From the NCBI GenBank assembly GCA_033442325.1, contig JAWQFM010000007.1:1778019-1831210 (forward strand): DNA of 53,192 nucleotides. Reading direction: 5' to 3'. Below are positions 50,455 through 53,192 of the stretch, one piece after another. The stretch is from Salpingoeca rosetta. Lineage: Eukaryota > Protista > Choanoflagellata. Position 1 is the stretch's first letter. Each line of letters starts with the position of its first letter. Position numbers and translations under genes: made by a program. The notes below the pieces were generated by a model. It ran no database searches, was not told the DNA's origin, and was given only the letters and a program-made list of their open reading frames with translations.

Positions 50455-51190
50455 ATGGGTGTACGTGGCTTCTGGTCTCTGTTTGCAGACAGCACGGTGA
50501 GTGTGCACCTCGCAGAATTCAGCGGAAGCAGGGTGGGGGTGGATGCAATGATATACCTGCACAAAGGGGTCGCGGTCGGACGCGGAATTACGGTCTGCAC
50601 AGACCTTGTTGGGCGTTGTTCCAGGTTGAATATTGTGCCCGTCCTTGTCCTCGATGGTCAGGCACCGGTTATCAAGGCACCTGTACAAGCGAAGCGGCAA
50701 AGGGCAGCTTACCAACGAGGGATTGCCAGGCCGAGCCAGCACCAGTTAAAGGAATGGGCCGCCAAAAATGGAATCGGTGAGTCTGCTGGTGATACAAACT
50801 TGCCTTTGTTATGTTGGTGTTTTACAGCATTCGCACCGCACCAATCCTGTCGAAAACCTTCCCACACGTTTCACGACTCCGTCACTGACGCCACCACACC
50901 CCTACAAGCAAACGCACAGTACACCCCGCCCTAATGCAGTTCATGCACGCACCCATGTCTTGTGTACGTGCGGCGAAGAGGTGATACAGGCGCCCGGCGA
51001 AGCTGATGCCATGCTTGCCCACCTTCAACTTGAAGGCCAAATTGCAGCCATACTCACTGAGGATAGTGACCTGCTGGTGTACGGCGCAAGGTGAGAACTG
51101 GGCGCACGCATGCACATGTAAACAATAACACACACACTCACTCATACACATACACAAGCAAACGCCCACGCATACATTCATATCCACACG

Positions 51191-51224
<34 letters not shown>

Positions 51225-51325
51225 AGCAAACACCCACGCATACATTCATATCCACACAAACACACACACACACACACAAGCAAACACCCACGCATACATT
51301 CATATCCACACGAACACACACACAC

Positions 51326-51380
<55 letters not shown>

Positions 51381-53192
51381 AGCAAACACCCACGCACACA
51401 CATTCGACCACTCACCCGCGCACTCGCATACACACATACCCAGCAATGTGGTGTCACAAATAAAAGGCAATAGAGGAAGACGCCTCAGTTTCTGCAGCTT
51501 GCGCGAAGTTGGCGTGCCGCGGCACTCGTTGTCCCTGAAAAGTCTGACGCCTTCGATGCTGCAAATTGCAGCAATACTGGCAGGCTGTGACTACACCAAA
51601 GGCAGGGACAACGTTGGCTTATTGACAGCACTTCGCATCGTCATGGGCAAGCAATATACGGACGAAGAGGAGAAGACGGCCACACGCGCATTTCAAGAAC
51701 CGTTGGCTCAAGCCAGAGCCCACGCCCACGCCCACGCCCACGCCCACGCCCACGCCCACGCCCACGCCCACGCCCACGCCCACGCCCACACCTCCGTGGA
51801 CGAACCCGAGTTAGACAGTCATCGCGCGCACCTTCGTACGTTTTCCTCCATCGGTCTCGGCATACCACGCGCGAACGTAATCCAAATCTGCAGGTGCGTG
51901 AGTGTAAGCATAAGTGTGAGTGTGCATGTGTGAAAATATGTGTGCATGTGTAATATGTGTGTATGTGCAACAGTGTGCGTATGTGTGTATGTGCAACAGT
52001 GTGCGTGTCGATGTGATGTGCGAGAGTGTGAGAGAGAGACACGCACCAACTGCCACCTCACATGCACACGCGCGCATCTCTATATGACAGACCATTCAAA
52101 GCTTGTTCCACTCACCCTTGCCCGTTTGACGCACGCCTTGCAGATACGTGGGGGATATGCGCTGGGCGGTGACCGAAGCTATTCGGGATATGTACCTGAA
52201 GTGCGCGGAGGAGCACGACATACTTGGTGAGTTACAGGAGCTCGCACAAACAACGAGGAAACGCTACGTTCAAGCCAAGATCGACTTTCGCAAGACAGGC
52301 AAGTGGGACAAGGAAGTCAAAACGCCCACCGAGCCAGCTACGTTTTCAAGCAAGGTCGTTGAGCTGTCAGCCCACGGCATGGGCAGGGTGTGCACCCGCA
52401 TGCGCCAGCATGCACGCAACAAGGAGGCTCGCCAACCTGACCCACAGGGAATCGAGCGTTTCTTCGGCGACCGAGTGCCAACACGGCCATCATTCATGTC
52501 TGCCACTGCGGTAAGCCATATTTGCACACTTGAAGTTGGCGATGTTCTAAACGTAAATGTACCTCGGTGTCTTGTGCGTATGTGTGTGTGTGTGCAAGTG
52601 GGTGAGAGTGAATGTGTGTGTGTGTGAATGAATGTGATGTGAACGGGCGTGAGTGTATGCGCTAAACGTGCATGTGTGTTTGTGCAACAGTGCGCATGTT
52701 GATGCAAGAGTGAGAGTGAGAGACATGCACCGACTGCTACCCCCGCTTCAGCTTACCAGCCACCACGCGCCACATGTTCTTTTGCTTGCAGGCTCACACT
52801 CTTCTCAATCTGCAGTTTCGCCTCATGGAGGGAAACTGCCGGCTGTACCTTCGAGTGGCGGCCCGAAAGGCAGCAGCGCGCAGTTCGCGAGCCGGTGGCG
52901 GATGTCTTGGTATTGATGATGCCCGGCTTGCTTGTGTGTCTCTGGCGGAACAGGCGCTGTTCGTCGCCGCTTTGACACACAAGCAAGGTGGTGACACTTC
53001 AGCAGTTTTCCCGCGCTTCGCTGCTCGGCACCCATTCATCACGATCGACAGTTGTGCATGTCATGCACTGAAGTGCCAAGCCAGCGTGCTGTCCAAGAAC
53101 GTGCGCAGCATCCGCACAAACGGACACATCGCATACCTGATCCAGAAGAAGGCACCTGCGACCTCCACCGCGACCTCCAGTTCCCGGCAGCA
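50455..53192 (+). CDS. XPG/FEN1/Exo1-family 5' nuclease fused to a C-terminal region with Fanzor1/TnpB-like motifs; spliced; runs off the right edge
   Basis: Exons 50455-50776, 50979-51090, 51444-51893, 52144-52510 and 52792->53192 join in frame with GT..AG sites. Nuclease motifs are MGVRGFW, RVGVDAMIYLHKG, VLVLDG, APGEADAMLAHL, ILTEDSDLLVYG and H3TH ILAGCDYTKGRDNVGLLTALRIV. An (AH)12 linker is followed by about 300 aa still open at the window end, containing FPRFAARHPFITID and SIRTNGHIAYL. The nuclease call is firm; the Fanzor call is tentative. Confidence 0.8.
51718..51789 (+). repeat. Coding (GCCCAC)12 repeat encoding an (Ala-His)12 linker
   Basis: Perfect hexamer repeat inside exon 3 of the nuclease gene, in frame. 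Confidence 0.9.

Noticed and set aside
50455-51720. Calling the nuclease gene the housekeeping EXO1 or FEN1
   Set aside because: The arch region is shortened, no FEN1-type C-terminal PIP tail is evident, and the frame continues into an unrelated structured domain, so no gene symbol was assigned.
52900-52925. CLGIDD as the RuvC-I motif
   Set aside because: It resembles xxGIDxG but lacks the following Gly and lies before the ITID/RTNG motifs, whereas RuvC-I is expected after them.

Overview
Intron-rich eukaryotic DNA in which most introns are filled with (CA/GT)n and (CAA)n microsatellites. The gene set and intron style suggest a choanoflagellate such as Salpingoeca rosetta, which is an inference. 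The ORF track is mostly microsatellite noise, so genes were rebuilt by hand from GT..AG exons. In order, the window holds: a 3'-truncated SBF1/SBF2 (MTMR5/13)-like DENN protein (-); a divergently transcribed NEK kinase (+); an N-gap followed by about 490 bp of AT-rich, bacterial-looking DNA resembling a contractile injection system baseplate gene; FBXL13/DRC6 (+); an orphan with a possible DUF4145/HEPN-like head and an RG/Q-rich tail (+); USP7 (+); a small EF-hand myosin-light-chain/calmodulin-like gene (-); an SLC33A1 acetyl-CoA transporter (-); a bacterial-type CBM9-like secreted protein with introns (-); a frameshifted LRR-FN3 surface protein gene (-); and a second N-gap. The most striking feature runs off the right edge. 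It is a spliced gene encoding an intact XPG/FEN1/Exo1-type 5' nuclease joined by an (AH)12 linker to a region with Fanzor1/TnpB-like motifs, a candidate exonuclease-fused eukaryotic RNA-guided nuclease whose RuvC domain and guide RNA would lie beyond the window.
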